A stretch of 63,995 nt of DNA from an uncultured Oscillospiraceae bacterium (GCA_964370445.1 CAYJJK010000002.1:13934-77928), one strand, 5' to 3'. Counted from the first letter of the stretch, positions 1 through 9,062 are shown. Program-made: numbers and translations. Notes: a model not told the origin generated them from the sequence alone.

Positions 1-604
1 TTGCCATATCCACGGTGCTGCGTTTACTTCCTGTTAAATCAATTGCCACCACAACATCATTTTCATCTACCAAACTCAGTTGCATGCGTTGAAAACGGCG
101 ATCTTGCGTATGTTCTACCGGCAAACCTAAGCGCAACAATTTTTGGTAGAGGTCAATCATCACGGCAGATACCGCACCCTCACCAATTAAAATAATTTTT
201 CGACGATTCAGCAAAAGCTTTGTTGCATTGTCCATCACATCATTATCCAATAGTAGGATGGTATCTTGACAAGCTTGCGCATTTGAGCTACAAATACGCT
301 GAATAAGGTGTTCTGTGGTATCGCCCGTATCCTCTTTTGTAGCTTCGCTCACCACAAGCCCGGAGTGAATATCTTTTATTGCGGACACATGAAAATCCTT
401 AAACCCATTATAGCCAAGACGTTTACAAAACCGCGTTACAGTGGCATTGCTGGCACCTGCTTGTTCTGCGATGGTGTTTACAGAAAGGGTATCCACATTA
501 TCGATATTTTTCAAAAGGATATCGGCAATGCGCTTTTCTGTGGGCATTAAGCGTCGGTAGTTCATGTTGATGCGCATATATGCGCCATTTTTCACGGTTC
601 CCAT
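1..604 (-). CDS. RpiR/MurR-family transcriptional regulator (HTH + SIS domain); the 3' end runs off the window
   Basis: Absent from the ORF track because it has no in-window stop. My reverse-strand translation from ATG 604-602 gives MGTVKNGAYMRINMNYRRLMPTEKRIADILLKNIDNVDTLSVNTIAEQAGASNATVTRFCKRLGYNGFKDF (RpiR-type HTH), then RRKIILIGEGAVSAVMIDLYQKLLRLG (SIS-like). Confidence 0.8.
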   Translation of the reverse strand, partial: MGTVKNGAYMRINMNYRRLMPTEKRIADILLKNIDNVDTLSVNTIAEQAGASNATVTRFCKRLGYNGFKDFHVSAIKDIHSGLVVSEATKEDTGDTTEHLIQRICSSNAQACQDTILLLDNDVMDNATKLLLNRRKIILIGEGAVSAVMIDLYQKLLRLGLPVEHTQDRRFQRMQLSLVDENDVVVAIDLTGSKRSTVDMA

Positions 605-755
605 AAACAGCTCCTCGCCATAATAATATAAGTCTACTCTTATAATTTCATAAAACAGAAGTTTTGTCAAAGCAAAATTGCATAATTTTGTAAAAACACC
701 ATTGACGAAATAGGACATATAACGGATAATGAGAAAAACAAAGAGGAGAAACCAA

Positions 756-1160
756 ATGACGCAATCAGTTTTGGTAACCGGTGGCGAAGGAACCTGTGCA
801 GTGCACATGCAAGCCATATTATGTGGTGCAGACTTGAACGTTTCTGTAACAGGTGGTAGCAAGCCACATGTTGGCACCTGTGTTTTGGCAGTGCCGCGTG
901 CCAGCTTAAAAAACGCAAGCAAGCGCTCAGCCACCGTGAGCGTGCTCAATGTTCAATCTCATAAAGATGACGTTGTGGCAACAAAAGTTGCACATACACT
1001 TGCAGCACATTTCAATTGTGTAGTCTGCCTAAGCGCCGGACTGCACATAGATAACGCCGGCGAAAATGACATCGCACTGTTGCTAAAAAACACAGAGCAT
1101 GCTCAACAAAAGCTTATACAGCAGCTGGAGCTCATAAAATACGATAATCCTGACACATAA
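756..1160 (+). CDS. Small conserved protein, possibly with an LpdD-like (prenylated-flavin chaperone-like) domain
   Basis: Track ORF 729-1160. The best start is ATG 756, behind AAAGAGGAGAAA. The motif VTGGEG...VTGGSKPHVGTCVLAVP recalls the GGxxPH(I/V)G signature, from memory and unverified. Confidence 0.45.
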   Translation: MTQSVLVTGGEGTCAVHMQAILCGADLNVSVTGGSKPHVGTCVLAVPRASLKNASKRSATVSVLNVQSHKDDVVATKVAHTLAAHFNCVVCLSAGLHIDNAGENDIALLLKNTEHAQQKLIQQLELIKYDNPDT

Positions 1161-1242
1161 ACATTTACATGACTCTTTTTAGGAAGGTGCCTTATTTTTT
1201 AAAGCACGCTTACACTGCCACCCCTAGCAGAACCATTTAAAA

Positions 1243-1299
1243 AACTTTGGCGATTACAACCACAAACATTCTGCGGTTGTAATCAGCCAAAGTTTTTTT
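1243..1299 (+). terminator. Rho-independent terminator at the left border of the phage element
   Basis: CTTTGGCGATTACAACCAC / GCGGTTGTAATCAGCCAAAG stem followed by TTTTTTTG. Confidence 0.7.
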
Positions 1300-1446
1300 G
1301 CACTCAACATCGGTACTTTCGCATATAAAGCACCTACTGCTATTAAATCAATAGCGTGTTTTTATATTTATTGGCACAATTTTAAAAAATTTCAAAAATC
1401 AGCACAGCTTAAGGTGTCACAAACAAGTCTTAAAAACAACTTCTTT

Positions 1447-1920
1447 TCAGCTGTCTTCATCACCGTTAGGCGGATTTTTGGGTAGCAGATGCTTTTTTAA
1501 AGCCGAGAGTAACTCTTTTATAAACGGCGGAAATTGCGCCCCGAGCTTTTCGGCATTTTCAAATAGGCTTCCAATCTCCGTAAGGATATACCACCCTAAA
1601 ACCAACGCACTTACGGGCATTGTATAATCGAATGGCAGGCTTACGGCGGGCACATATTGCAAAATAAGGCCAAGCAACAAATCCAACACAGCCGCACCTA
1701 ATACAAATAATATCATGCCACCTTTTCCAGCAAGGCCTTCCCGCGCGGCTTGGCTATTCCACTGCCCGCTACGTTTTGCCGCAATGCTACCGGAAAGGTA
1801 ATCCAGCGCCATACACAGCACCCACAACACCACCATCCACCCAAAATACCCCCACAATGCGCTAAAAAATGCCCCCACACCGGCAATGGCTACCTTTATT
1901 GAAATCGCATGATCTTGCAT
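1447..1920 (-). CDS. Phage holin (holin family 4_1 / toxin-secretion-type holin)
   Basis: The track ORF 1447-2067 is over-extended. The real start is ATG 1920 (MQDHAISIKVAIAGVGAFFSALWGYFGWMVVLWVLCMALDYLSGSIAAKRSGQWNS...). There are several TM helices and the xLDYxxG motif typical of this holin family. It is the last gene of the lysis cassette. Confidence 0.8.
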   Translation of the reverse strand: MQDHAISIKVAIAGVGAFFSALWGYFGWMVVLWVLCMALDYLSGSIAAKRSGQWNSQAAREGLAGKGGMILFVLGAAVLDLLLGLILQYVPAVSLPFDYTMPVSALVLGWYILTEIGSLFENAEKLGAQFPPFIKELLSALKKHLLPKNPPNGDEDS

Positions 1921-1990
1921 GTTCCGTCGCCCCCTTTTCCTCTTTATAATAACCCTATTTTGGTTTTTCTGGTTAAAAATCCAATGGATT

Positions 1991-2668
1991 TTACAGTTCA
2001 CAACCCACCGAAAGTTGCTTTGCTTGCTCTTGCAAACGTTGCACATCCCCGCTCGATGCCGGGCCAATGCTCAACATCCAGCGATTATGAGCTGTTTTTT
2101 CTTCTTTGCACGGCAACTTCAAAGAGGAAGCTAATCGGGTGAAGATATCTTTATCTCCACTGCTTAAATGCCCTACTGTCACCAATTGCAAAGTGCTTTG
2201 GGTGGTTGATGCTTTTTGTGTTTCTTGTGTCTTATCAAGATTATTGTTGCCAGGGTGTGTGCCCGCTTGGTTTGGCACTTCTGTAAACTGTGCCGGCGGC
2301 ACAGCCTCCCATTTACCAGCATTGTATCGCTGAACTTCAATGTGAAGATGCGCCCCGGTACTATATCCGGTATTGCCCATAATGCCAATGGAGGTGCCTT
2401 GTGGCACCTGCTGGCCTGTTTTTACAAACACCTTATCCAAATGCTGGCAAATCACACGCAAAGTATCCGAATAATATAAGATAACATAATTTCCACGTCC
2501 CCCATTGTTGCCGTAGGCTACCTCACAACGTGTGGCAGACCAAATGGCGCGCACATTGTGGTTGTCATCCCCCACAATATCTTGCCCCGCATGCCATTCT
2601 CGTACTCCGTTCAAGAAACGCCAACCATACAAGCTAGTCACTCTGTTTCGTCCTTCAAATGGTGTCAT
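1991..2668 (-). CDS. Phage endolysin: M23 peptidase domain plus a two-repeat C-terminal domain
   Basis: HAGQDI...GNTGYSTGAHLHIEV (M23 HxxxD / HxH metal motifs). The C-terminus carries two similar repeats, VTVGHLSSGDKDIFTRLASSLKL and LSIGPASSGDVQRLQEQAKQLSV. Confidence 0.8.
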   Translation of the reverse strand: MTPFEGRNRVTSLYGWRFLNGVREWHAGQDIVGDDNHNVRAIWSATRCEVAYGNNGGRGNYVILYYSDTLRVICQHLDKVFVKTGQQVPQGTSIGIMGNTGYSTGAHLHIEVQRYNAGKWEAVPPAQFTEVPNQAGTHPGNNNLDKTQETQKASTTQSTLQLVTVGHLSSGDKDIFTRLASSLKLPCKEEKTAHNRWMLSIGPASSGDVQRLQEQAKQLSVGCEL

Positions 2669-2684
2669 GTTATAACTCCTTTTC

Positions 2685-3305
2685 TTATAAGGGTAAGGGC
2701 AGGCTGTTATCTATCCCCACTAAATACCCAAGATAACCACCTATTGTCTGCTCTTCGTTTCCAAACCCTTGGGCTTCATCGTATATGTCGTCTGCATCAC
2801 TAAAACAAAATGTTCCTTCAAAGCTTCCCATTTCAAGATCCACGCCAACACTCAGTAATTCTTTGATAATCTGCACGGTCTGCTCACCCGTAAATCCGGC
2901 ACGTTGTAGCGCTGAATAGGGAAGGTGATTAATAGCCACCAAACCGGATGTCGTTGCATCGGTAAAAGAAACTTCGCCCGGTTGCAGGGAAAAAATACTT
3001 TCCATACTTTGAATCACACCGGCGTGTGTACTTTTTGCAAAATAGTGCTCGATACGACACTTTAATAAAAATCGATACTGGGTGTCGTCCACTACTCCGC
3101 GTGGCAACAACAACAATGCACCATACAAGTCCAGTGTCTTTCCCGAAGCTTCACTTAAATCAAGGCTACAATGTATGGCATGTAAATCGGCGCTTGCGTC
3201 TCTGTGTGCCTCCGCCACAATGCGTAGCATACGCTCACACACGCTATCTGTTGTTCGGTTATAGCTGCCCGGCAAACGCTTAGCATCATTTTGGCTAGCT
3301 GACAT
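2685..3305 (-). CDS. Baseplate/tail protein, XkdU / YmfQ-like (DUF2313-type)
   Basis: Lies immediately after the baseplate J gene and overlaps it by 11 nt. Size and position match xkdU in PBSX-type modules. The sequence-level assignment is from memory only. Confidence 0.5.
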   Translation of the reverse strand: MSASQNDAKRLPGSYNRTTDSVCERMLRIVAEAHRDASADLHAIHCSLDLSEASGKTLDLYGALLLLPRGVVDDTQYRFLLKCRIEHYFAKSTHAGVIQSMESIFSLQPGEVSFTDATTSGLVAINHLPYSALQRAGFTGEQTVQIIKELLSVGVDLEMGSFEGTFCFSDADDIYDEAQGFGNEEQTIGGYLGYLVGIDNSLPLPL

Positions 3306-4461
3306 GCACCTCCACCTCCACTTCTTCGATATTCAGCCACAGCACCTCAGCGGCATCCGCCAAAATTTTGTTGGCATGAAAAGTTTGCGCACCATCCTCA
3401 GACAAAAGTAAACTTTCCACCTCATCCACGCCCACCTGGGCATACAAAACCGAATAAAGGCTATTTTGCAATAAACTTTCACCTGGTAGCAGTGCGCACA
3501 CAGCCTCGCTAAGGGCAGTTTTAAGCTGCAGGTCTCCATCACTGGGGAAATGTGAATTGGCACGTATCACTGCGCGCAAAGAAAGATTTTTCTTCTCAAC
3601 TGTAGAAAAGCATATACGATGTGATTCGCCATCTATGGCAGGTAAGAGCACTTCCACCGATCCCACGCTTTGAATACCCAAAGGTTTTTTCTCATAGATG
3701 GCAAGTGCAATTTCTTTATCTGACGCCCCACTGGCCAGCACAAAACACTGAAAACTGTGGGCGGGCAGCTGTGGCAAATCTTCACCGGTGCTGTTTTCTA
3801 AAACAACACAGGAGCGCACACCCGGCACACGCAATACTGCACCTTGCACGGCTGCAGCTGTGGCACTGGCCACACCGTACACTGCTTCGTCAAAGCGTCT
3901 ACGCAAACTCTCGTCGCTTTCCACATCTTGCCCCGCCTGCAACAAAGCTTCGCCCTTCACACGGTGAATACCCGCCTGTGGTTGACTAAGCACACAGATA
4001 GAAGTGCTGTCCACATTGCCCACTTCACCCAACACTGTACACACAACTTCACATTTAGCTATGCCAGTTTCATCCAGTTGCACTTCATTTACCACATGAA
4101 ACCCAATACCCTGCGGCGTACTTACAATGCAGCCAAACGGCATCACAGCACCACTCGTTCCCTGTACTTCTAAACGATGTATTGCTGCTGTAGCATTATT
4201 GCGTCGCAAGCCGGCAAAAGGGGTAAGCCTGTCAAGGCTAACACCATAGGCCATGTGTGGAAAACGTGCCAAATACACCTCCTCCATTTCCTCATACAAC
4301 ATAGCTAAATCATGCACACCTAAACGCAAAAACTTGCCAAACACACTTTGTTCAGATACATCAATATCGGGGCCAAACAAGGTTTGTGCACGTGTTTTTT
4401 GCTCTTCCAAAAGCTGGGCATAGCCCGGCCGCACAAAACCGGCCTCTGTCATTGCTCGCAT
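3295..4461 (-). CDS. Baseplate J-like protein (XkdT-like)
   Basis: 388 aa. The N-terminus MRAMTEAGFVRPGYAQLLEEQKTRAQTLFGPDIDVSEQSVFGKFLRL is typical of the baseplate J family. Synteny is S-T-U. Confidence 0.75.
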   Translation of the reverse strand: MRAMTEAGFVRPGYAQLLEEQKTRAQTLFGPDIDVSEQSVFGKFLRLGVHDLAMLYEEMEEVYLARFPHMAYGVSLDRLTPFAGLRRNNATAAIHRLEVQGTSGAVMPFGCIVSTPQGIGFHVVNEVQLDETGIAKCEVVCTVLGEVGNVDSTSICVLSQPQAGIHRVKGEALLQAGQDVESDESLRRRFDEAVYGVASATAAAVQGAVLRVPGVRSCVVLENSTGEDLPQLPAHSFQCFVLASGASDKEIALAIYEKKPLGIQSVGSVEVLLPAIDGESHRICFSTVEKKNLSLRAVIRANSHFPSDGDLQLKTALSEAVCALLPGESLLQNSLYSVLYAQVGVDEVESLLLSEDGAQTFHANKILADAAEVLWLNIEEVEVEVHVS

Positions 4462-4512
4462 TATTTTCTCCTTTTATTCTGTTTTTTTGAAAACCAGCGA
4501 TGCCCCACCGTA

Positions 4513-4857
4513 TCAAAAGGCTTCTTGCAGGCTGATGGTTCCATTTTCAGTGGCAAGCTCGAAATGGATGTGCAAGGTGCGCCCCAGCGTAGACATTTCA
4601 AAACTCGAAAACTGAACAATTTGAAACAGGGGCAACAATACACGGCCCACCTCATCTCTCACAGCATCTTCATTTGGCTTTTTTTGCAGCACAACACTTA
4701 AATCCAGCCCTTCTGTTTCATCTAAAAACCAATCGCCCAAAGCCGAACGTAAAAGCATGCTCATTTTTTGCCGCAATTGTTTTTCACCCTCCACCTCTTG
4801 CAGTATCCCATTTTGAAGCACTAAATCTCCATTTTCATCTAACAAAAAATCTCTCAT
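4513..4857 (-). CDS. Baseplate wedge protein, XkdS-like (DUF2634 / gpW-gp25-like)
   Basis: 114 aa. MRDFLLDENGDLVLQNGILQEVEGEKQLRQKMSMLLRSALGDWFLDETEGLD follows the typical gp25/W-like pattern. It lies directly upstream of baseplate J. Confidence 0.65.
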   Translation of the reverse strand: MRDFLLDENGDLVLQNGILQEVEGEKQLRQKMSMLLRSALGDWFLDETEGLDLSVVLQKKPNEDAVRDEVGRVLLPLFQIVQFSSFEMSTLGRTLHIHFELATENGTISLQEAF

Positions 4858-5192
4858 GCATCTATCACCCCTATAATCAAGCAGCCTGTTTTGGGATGCA
4901 GACCCGGGCGGGGGAGGCTTAACTCTCCATACAGAGCCGCACCTAAGTCTCTATCACACACAAGGCACAACACAACATCCTGGCTTTCCACGTCTATTCC
5001 GCGTAAAATAGATACGTTTACGATCGGATTTGGCACCTCCACTTCACCATTTTGTTTGCGGCGTAAAAACAGTGGTTGCACCTCTGCTTTTCTGTTTTCA
5101 CAGCTCACTACTTTTGCCAAAAACGATGTTTGTTGGCACAATAGGGCTTGCTCAATTTCTCTTGCAATCACTTGCATCCATTGTTCGCGCAT
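4854..5192 (-). CDS. Baseplate spike/plug protein, XkdR-like (DUF2577-type)
   Basis: 112 aa, with a 4-nt overlap with the XkdS-like gene. Position is as in PBSX. Confidence 0.5.
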   Translation of the reverse strand: MREQWMQVIAREIEQALLCQQTSFLAKVVSCENRKAEVQPLFLRRKQNGEVEVPNPIVNVSILRGIDVESQDVVLCLVCDRDLGAALYGELSLPRPGLHPKTGCLIIGVIDA

Positions 5193-5236
5193 AAGTGTAT
5201 GCTCCTTTTTTTACGATAGTAGCCTGCAGTTCACCC

Positions 5237-6175
5237 TTAGGCAAGTAATACAGCCTCGGTGTAACCACCGCTACCTTCGTACACATGTCGACACTCTTTT
5301 ACTGCAAAGTACCCTTGTGCAGCACGAGCGTTCAATTGTACCCCTGCGCCCGGCAGTAAGCGATGATTTAAAAGGCTTTGTACCCGATATCCTTGTAGCA
5401 CTTCTGCCTCTTCACCTTGAGGCAAATACCGCGAATAGCGGTTTTCAACAAGTAATTCGGGCGTTTGTATAAGGCCGCTCGCCTCACTAAGCACAAAGCA
5501 GTTTCGACGCGGGTCACGGCGTAGGTCACGCACATAAAGGGCGCCTTGCACTACATAAGCCCACACACCACAAAGGGCCGCCATCTCATCAATCACATCA
5601 CTCAATTCGCCTTCCAATGTAAGGGACTGCGTAAATGCATAATCACTCCGCAAAGAAAATTCCCCTATCGGTAAGCCACTTTTTTCACACAGTTGCTGCA
5701 AAACAAAAGAGGCCATCACAGGCGCAGAATAGGTTTGTTGCACACGAATGCCAGGGCTAATCTGCCACAGGTTCGTGGCGCTAATCTCTGTACATTTTTC
5801 ACTTTTATCCCAATGAGTTTGCACATCTGTGATGTATCCGTTTAAAAGCACCCCACAATCCTGATAGGACGAAAGCCCATACCCACCAAACGCTACAATC
5901 ACCATGCCGGGCTGAATTTGCCGTATGGTATTATCACTAAGATTATATACATAGATTTTGTTATCTATAGCTTGCAGGTTGTCGTGAAATACGCTTTCGA
6001 ACGTAAAATCATATTGACTTTGATCCCAGGTGAAGATTGCCTGTTCTGTGTTGCGTTGGCTTGGCCATTGCACACACAAGCTCATGTTCAACCACCACAG
6101 TCCAGAAGGAACTGTGGCCAAAGACACTCGATGAAAAGGCGCTTTCTTTGCCAAAACCACCCCATTTGTTGCCAT
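5237..6175 (-). CDS. Baseplate hub protein, XkdQ / gpD-like
   Basis: 312 aa. Lies between the LysM protein and the XkdR-like gene, as in PBSX-type tails. Assigned mainly by synteny. Confidence 0.5.
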   Translation of the reverse strand: MATNGVVLAKKAPFHRVSLATVPSGLWWLNMSLCVQWPSQRNTEQAIFTWDQSQYDFTFESVFHDNLQAIDNKIYVYNLSDNTIRQIQPGMVIVAFGGYGLSSYQDCGVLLNGYITDVQTHWDKSEKCTEISATNLWQISPGIRVQQTYSAPVMASFVLQQLCEKSGLPIGEFSLRSDYAFTQSLTLEGELSDVIDEMAALCGVWAYVVQGALYVRDLRRDPRRNCFVLSEASGLIQTPELLVENRYSRYLPQGEEAEVLQGYRVQSLLNHRLLPGAGVQLNARAAQGYFAVKECRHVYEGSGGYTEAVLLA

Positions 6176-6268
6176 TTTTCGCCTCCTTTTATCTTGACAT
6201 TTGTTTTGTGCTGCTAGAATTCATTTCCTAGCTTTACCCTTAGGCACTGTAAACCCGCCTCCTCACTG

Positions 6269-6589
6269 TCACTCATCATCAACACACAAAAACACAGTAT
6301 TACCGATATTTTCTGTGCTAGCCAATTTTTCAAGTCCGCTCTCATCTTGTACCAAAAGCCGAACAGGTGGATAGAGGCACCCAAGGGAGCTATTCTCAAA
6401 TAAAATACGTTGTAGTACCAAAGGTTCTCCTGCACATAAGCAATTCTCACCCCGATACAAACTCACACAAACACGTTTTGCCACGCTATTTTTGTGAAAT
6501 TCCAATTCAAAAATAGTGCCGCCTAAAGCAATGCTTACTCGATAGGGTATCTTATCAATTTGCACATCAATTCTATCTTTCATCACCAT
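6269..6589 (-). CDS. Small tail/baseplate protein (possibly a baseplate plug)
   Basis: 106 aa, overlapping the upstream LysM gene by 7 nt. The pattern IPYRVSIALGGTIFELEFHKN...LYRGENCLCAGEPLV resembles small baseplate plug proteins (from memory). Confidence 0.4.
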   Translation of the reverse strand: MVMKDRIDVQIDKIPYRVSIALGGTIFELEFHKNSVAKRVCVSLYRGENCLCAGEPLVLQRILFENSSLGCLYPPVRLLVQDESGLEKLASTENIGNTVFLCVDDE

Positions 6590-7206
6590 ACCCCCAATAG
6601 CAAAGATGCACCCACGCGTAGCTTTGAAAAATCGCCATGATTGTCACTAACAAACACATCTCTATGCTTATTTAAGGCGATTAAACCATCGGTGCTCACG
6701 CCAAATATGCGATACTGATTCACAAGATACCATAAAGTTTCACCGGCTTGCATTGTGTGATAGCGCTCTCTTCGAGCGGATAGGTTAAGGACCTGTATCA
6801 TACCATTTGCGCTTGCCACAGTGACCTCCATACTGCCCGAATAACCAAGCCCTATTGCAAAGAGACTTTGCGCCACACGCAGCTGTCGCAAGGAAAGTGA
6901 AAATTTACAACCATTTTTCACCGCAGCATCAAATTCAAATGAAAATGCTTCAATTTGCACGCTACGTAAAAGGTAGCAACCCACATAATCCAACACCAAA
7001 CCACGGCTCTGCCAATCCCGTAAAGTCTCTACAACCTGTAAAAAACCACTTCCCACCAATAAGCCCTCGGCATGTAAACTCATAGCCTCTGTGCGCACAT
7101 GATCACTCAAAGGCACTCCTGTTTCTACGCTGTGTCGGCTAATTTCAACCGGACAATCAACACTTTCCTTCTCCACAAACAAATACACTCCAGATAGCAA
7201 TGCCAT
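6583..7206 (-). CDS. LysM-domain tail protein (XkdP-like)
   Basis: C-terminal YHTMQAGETLWYLVNQYRIFGVSTDGLIALNKHRD...LRVGASLLLG is a LysM motif. It sits directly after the tape measure, as in PBSX. Confidence 0.7.
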   Translation of the reverse strand: MALLSGVYLFVEKESVDCPVEISRHSVETGVPLSDHVRTEAMSLHAEGLLVGSGFLQVVETLRDWQSRGLVLDYVGCYLLRSVQIEAFSFEFDAAVKNGCKFSLSLRQLRVAQSLFAIGLGYSGSMEVTVASANGMIQVLNLSARRERYHTMQAGETLWYLVNQYRIFGVSTDGLIALNKHRDVFVSDNHGDFSKLRVGASLLLGVW

Positions 7207-7209
7207 CGC

Positions 7210-8100
7210 CTACACCTCCCATCTCACTGACGTATCACCCACAGCCAGTACCTCCTCAAAGCTTTTGCGCACCCAATCACGCACTTTTGTCTCAAGTTCA
7301 CGCTCGTTTGCAACGCCACTTCGTTCCACTTTTAATGTAAATTGAGGTGTGTAATAATTTTGTGTGACTGCGCTATTTTTAGACAAAACCGGCGCTAAAG
7401 GCTGCCTTTGCGCCGTAGGGGAGCCTGTGCCAGGAAAGTCCATCACACCGCTTACTGCCATGTGCATTTGCTGCACACCTTTATTAATTTCAGGCATAGC
7501 ATCATGAAATCCATCCGGTAAACCCAGGCCTATGAACCGCCCAAGACGAGCCATTTCTTTTGACGGTGACGCAATGCGCATCACCGAAGATATCGTATTT
7601 TTAATGCCCTGGGCGATGCCGCTTACAGCTGAAAAAATCGCATCCTTTTGACTCATGATCCCCGAAAGTAGCCCTTGCATAATTTGGCTGCCCACTGTAG
7701 CAAGCTGCACATTTTGCAAGCTGGTTTGCATGGTTTGCGCCATTTGGAAAAACACGCCGGATACTACAGTAAATGTTCTTTGTATCGCAAAATTACTTTC
7801 TTTTAGCTCATTTCGAAACAACCCCAAAACCACCTGGCCAACACTTTGGAACTGATGCAGCATGGCGTTGGCCTGTGTAAGAGAACCTTGAAAACCTGAC
7901 AAATCCAAGGGGGGCAATTGTATTGCAGAAAAAGTGCCAACAGAATCATTTTGAAATAAGCTTCCCAGGCTTTGGCTCAATTGCTGCTGAAATGGCGCAA
8001 GAGCCGATACAACTCGGCGCATTTCATTGGCTAAAATCAAGGCTGGATCATTTTCCAACTCAAAACGGATCCCCACAACATCCTCACGCAGCATTGACAT
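7210..8100 (-). CDS. Tail tape measure protein (unusually short, 296 aa)
   Basis: Lies between the chaperone and the LysM protein. It is helical and Gln/Ser-rich, with a GxxxG-rich hydrophobic centre (VVSGVFFQMAQTM...IMQGLLSGIM). SD is AGAGGTGAAATC-ATG. Confidence 0.6.
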   Translation of the reverse strand: MSMLREDVVGIRFELENDPALILANEMRRVVSALAPFQQQLSQSLGSLFQNDSVGTFSAIQLPPLDLSGFQGSLTQANAMLHQFQSVGQVVLGLFRNELKESNFAIQRTFTVVSGVFFQMAQTMQTSLQNVQLATVGSQIMQGLLSGIMSQKDAIFSAVSGIAQGIKNTISSVMRIASPSKEMARLGRFIGLGLPDGFHDAMPEINKGVQQMHMAVSGVMDFPGTGSPTAQRQPLAPVLSKNSAVTQNYYTPQFTLKVERSGVANERELETKVRDWVRKSFEEVLAVGDTSVRWEV

Positions 8101-8170
8101 GATTTCACCTCTAGTCCATTACTAATATTGTAAATTTTATATCGGAGAACACAGCAGCATAGGCGATCAC

Positions 8171-8320
8171 CTAAAGGCGCCGCTGTGCCTCCTGTTGCAA
8201 ATCCAGTGCACAATTGGCCAAATCGATTTCACGCGGTGACATCACCGTGAACACCTCTGTGAAGGAAAAACCACTTAAAACAAGCCGCCATGCAGACCAA
8301 TCACGAAGCACCGTTTTTCG
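8171..8320 (-). CDS. Putative -1 frameshift extension of the tail chaperone (gpGT analogue)
   Basis: An alternative frame stays open after the A-rich stretch AACAAAACGAAAAACGG at the chaperone 3' end. It reads KRKTVLRDWSAWRLVLSGFSFTEVFTVMSPREIDLANCALDLQQEAQRRL and stops at 8171. It fills the otherwise empty 200 nt before the tape measure. Confidence 0.4.
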   Translation of the reverse strand, partial: RKTVLRDWSAWRLVLSGFSFTEVFTVMSPREIDLANCALDLQQEAQRRL

Positions 8321-8612
8321 TTTTGTTACATTCGAAAAATCTTTCTTTTCGAAATCGTCCTTGCATCACCTCGCGACCAAAGCGCACCACTTCCGAAAGG
8401 GTGTCCATATCATCAAAATCATCCATAGAAAGATCGCTAGGCTGCACAATAATATGTTGTAATATATAGGCCATAAATTTTTCCATGTTCACACCATCGC
8501 CTGCAGCACAATCATCCATACAACGTATGGCTTCACGTAGCCCACAAAATTGCGCCACATACTGCACACCGGCAATTTCACGTTCTACTGTATAAGGTTT
8601 AACATCTGCCAT
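8301..8612 (-). CDS. Tail assembly chaperone (XkdN-like, gpG analogue)
   Basis: 103 aa, acidic, between the tube and the tape measure. MADVKPYTVEREIAGVQYVAQFCGLREAIRCMDD. Confidence 0.65.
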   Translation of the reverse strand: MADVKPYTVEREIAGVQYVAQFCGLREAIRCMDDCAAGDGVNMEKFMAYILQHIIVQPSDLSMDDFDDMDTLSEVVRFGREVMQGRFRKERFFECNKTKNGAS

Positions 8613-8654
8613 TGATATTGCTCTCCTTCATCATTATTTGAATACGATTGCATG

Positions 8655-9062
8655 CTATAGACCTTGTAGCACACCACCAAACACAGAAAATACAAATTCT
8701 CTATCACTGGCAACAGCCCCCATTTCAACTTCTGGCATAGCCTTAATCGCAGCTTCATTGCCACCAAAACGCTCCCCTATACTCTTGTTTGTCACCCACA
8801 CAGGTACAATAGCACCATTGTTGGCAAGCTGAAGTAGAAATCCTTTTTGTGGACAGGTTGCCTGCACGCGTATCGTTAGCGTATAAATTGTATCGTTAAT
8901 ACGATTAACACAAACGTCGCCTTGTGCACCAGCATGTGGTTCTATGGTATCCTTATCCTTAGAAAAGCTCACCATATCCTCTCCAAGCCCTGTGATATAT
9001 ACACCATCTACCAACACAGTACAATCACGTGCGTCATAAACTGTTCTAGCCAAATTTAACAC
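8655..9062 (-). CDS. Tail tube protein (XkdM-like)
   Basis: About 132 aa, directly downstream of the sheath gene. The start is a GTG/TTG just after AAAGGAG. ...VYDARDCTVLVDGVYITGLGEDMVSFSKDKD. Confidence 0.7.
   Translation of the reverse strand: MLNLARTVYDARDCTVLVDGVYITGLGEDMVSFSKDKDTIEPHAGAQGDVCVNRINDTIYTLTIRVQATCPQKGFLLQLANNGAIVPVWVTNKSIGERFGGNEAAIKAMPEVEMGAVASDREFVFSVFGGVLQGL

Noticed and set aside
1-550. Plus-strand track ORFs 1-195 and 308-550.
   Set aside because: They lie antisense to a much better, recognisable RpiR-family reading frame (HTH + SIS) that runs off the window on the minus strand.
1160-1446. A search for att-type direct repeats or a tRNA at the borders of the phage element (1.16-1.45 kb versus 16.68-17.14 kb, and 28.56-28.84 versus 30.2-30.76 kb).
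   Set aside because: I found no shared stretch of 12 nt or more by eye, and no tRNA-like sequence. The only resemblance is AAAATTTCA..CAGCAC at about 1395 and about 28582, which is too short and AT-rich to count. A proper pairwise alignment is needed.
4891-5472. The 193-aa plus-strand ORF, and the many other plus-strand ORFs across 2-15 kb.
   Set aside because: They are antisense to a continuous, overlapping minus-strand phage operon. They have no SDs and low-complexity or Cys/His-rich composition.
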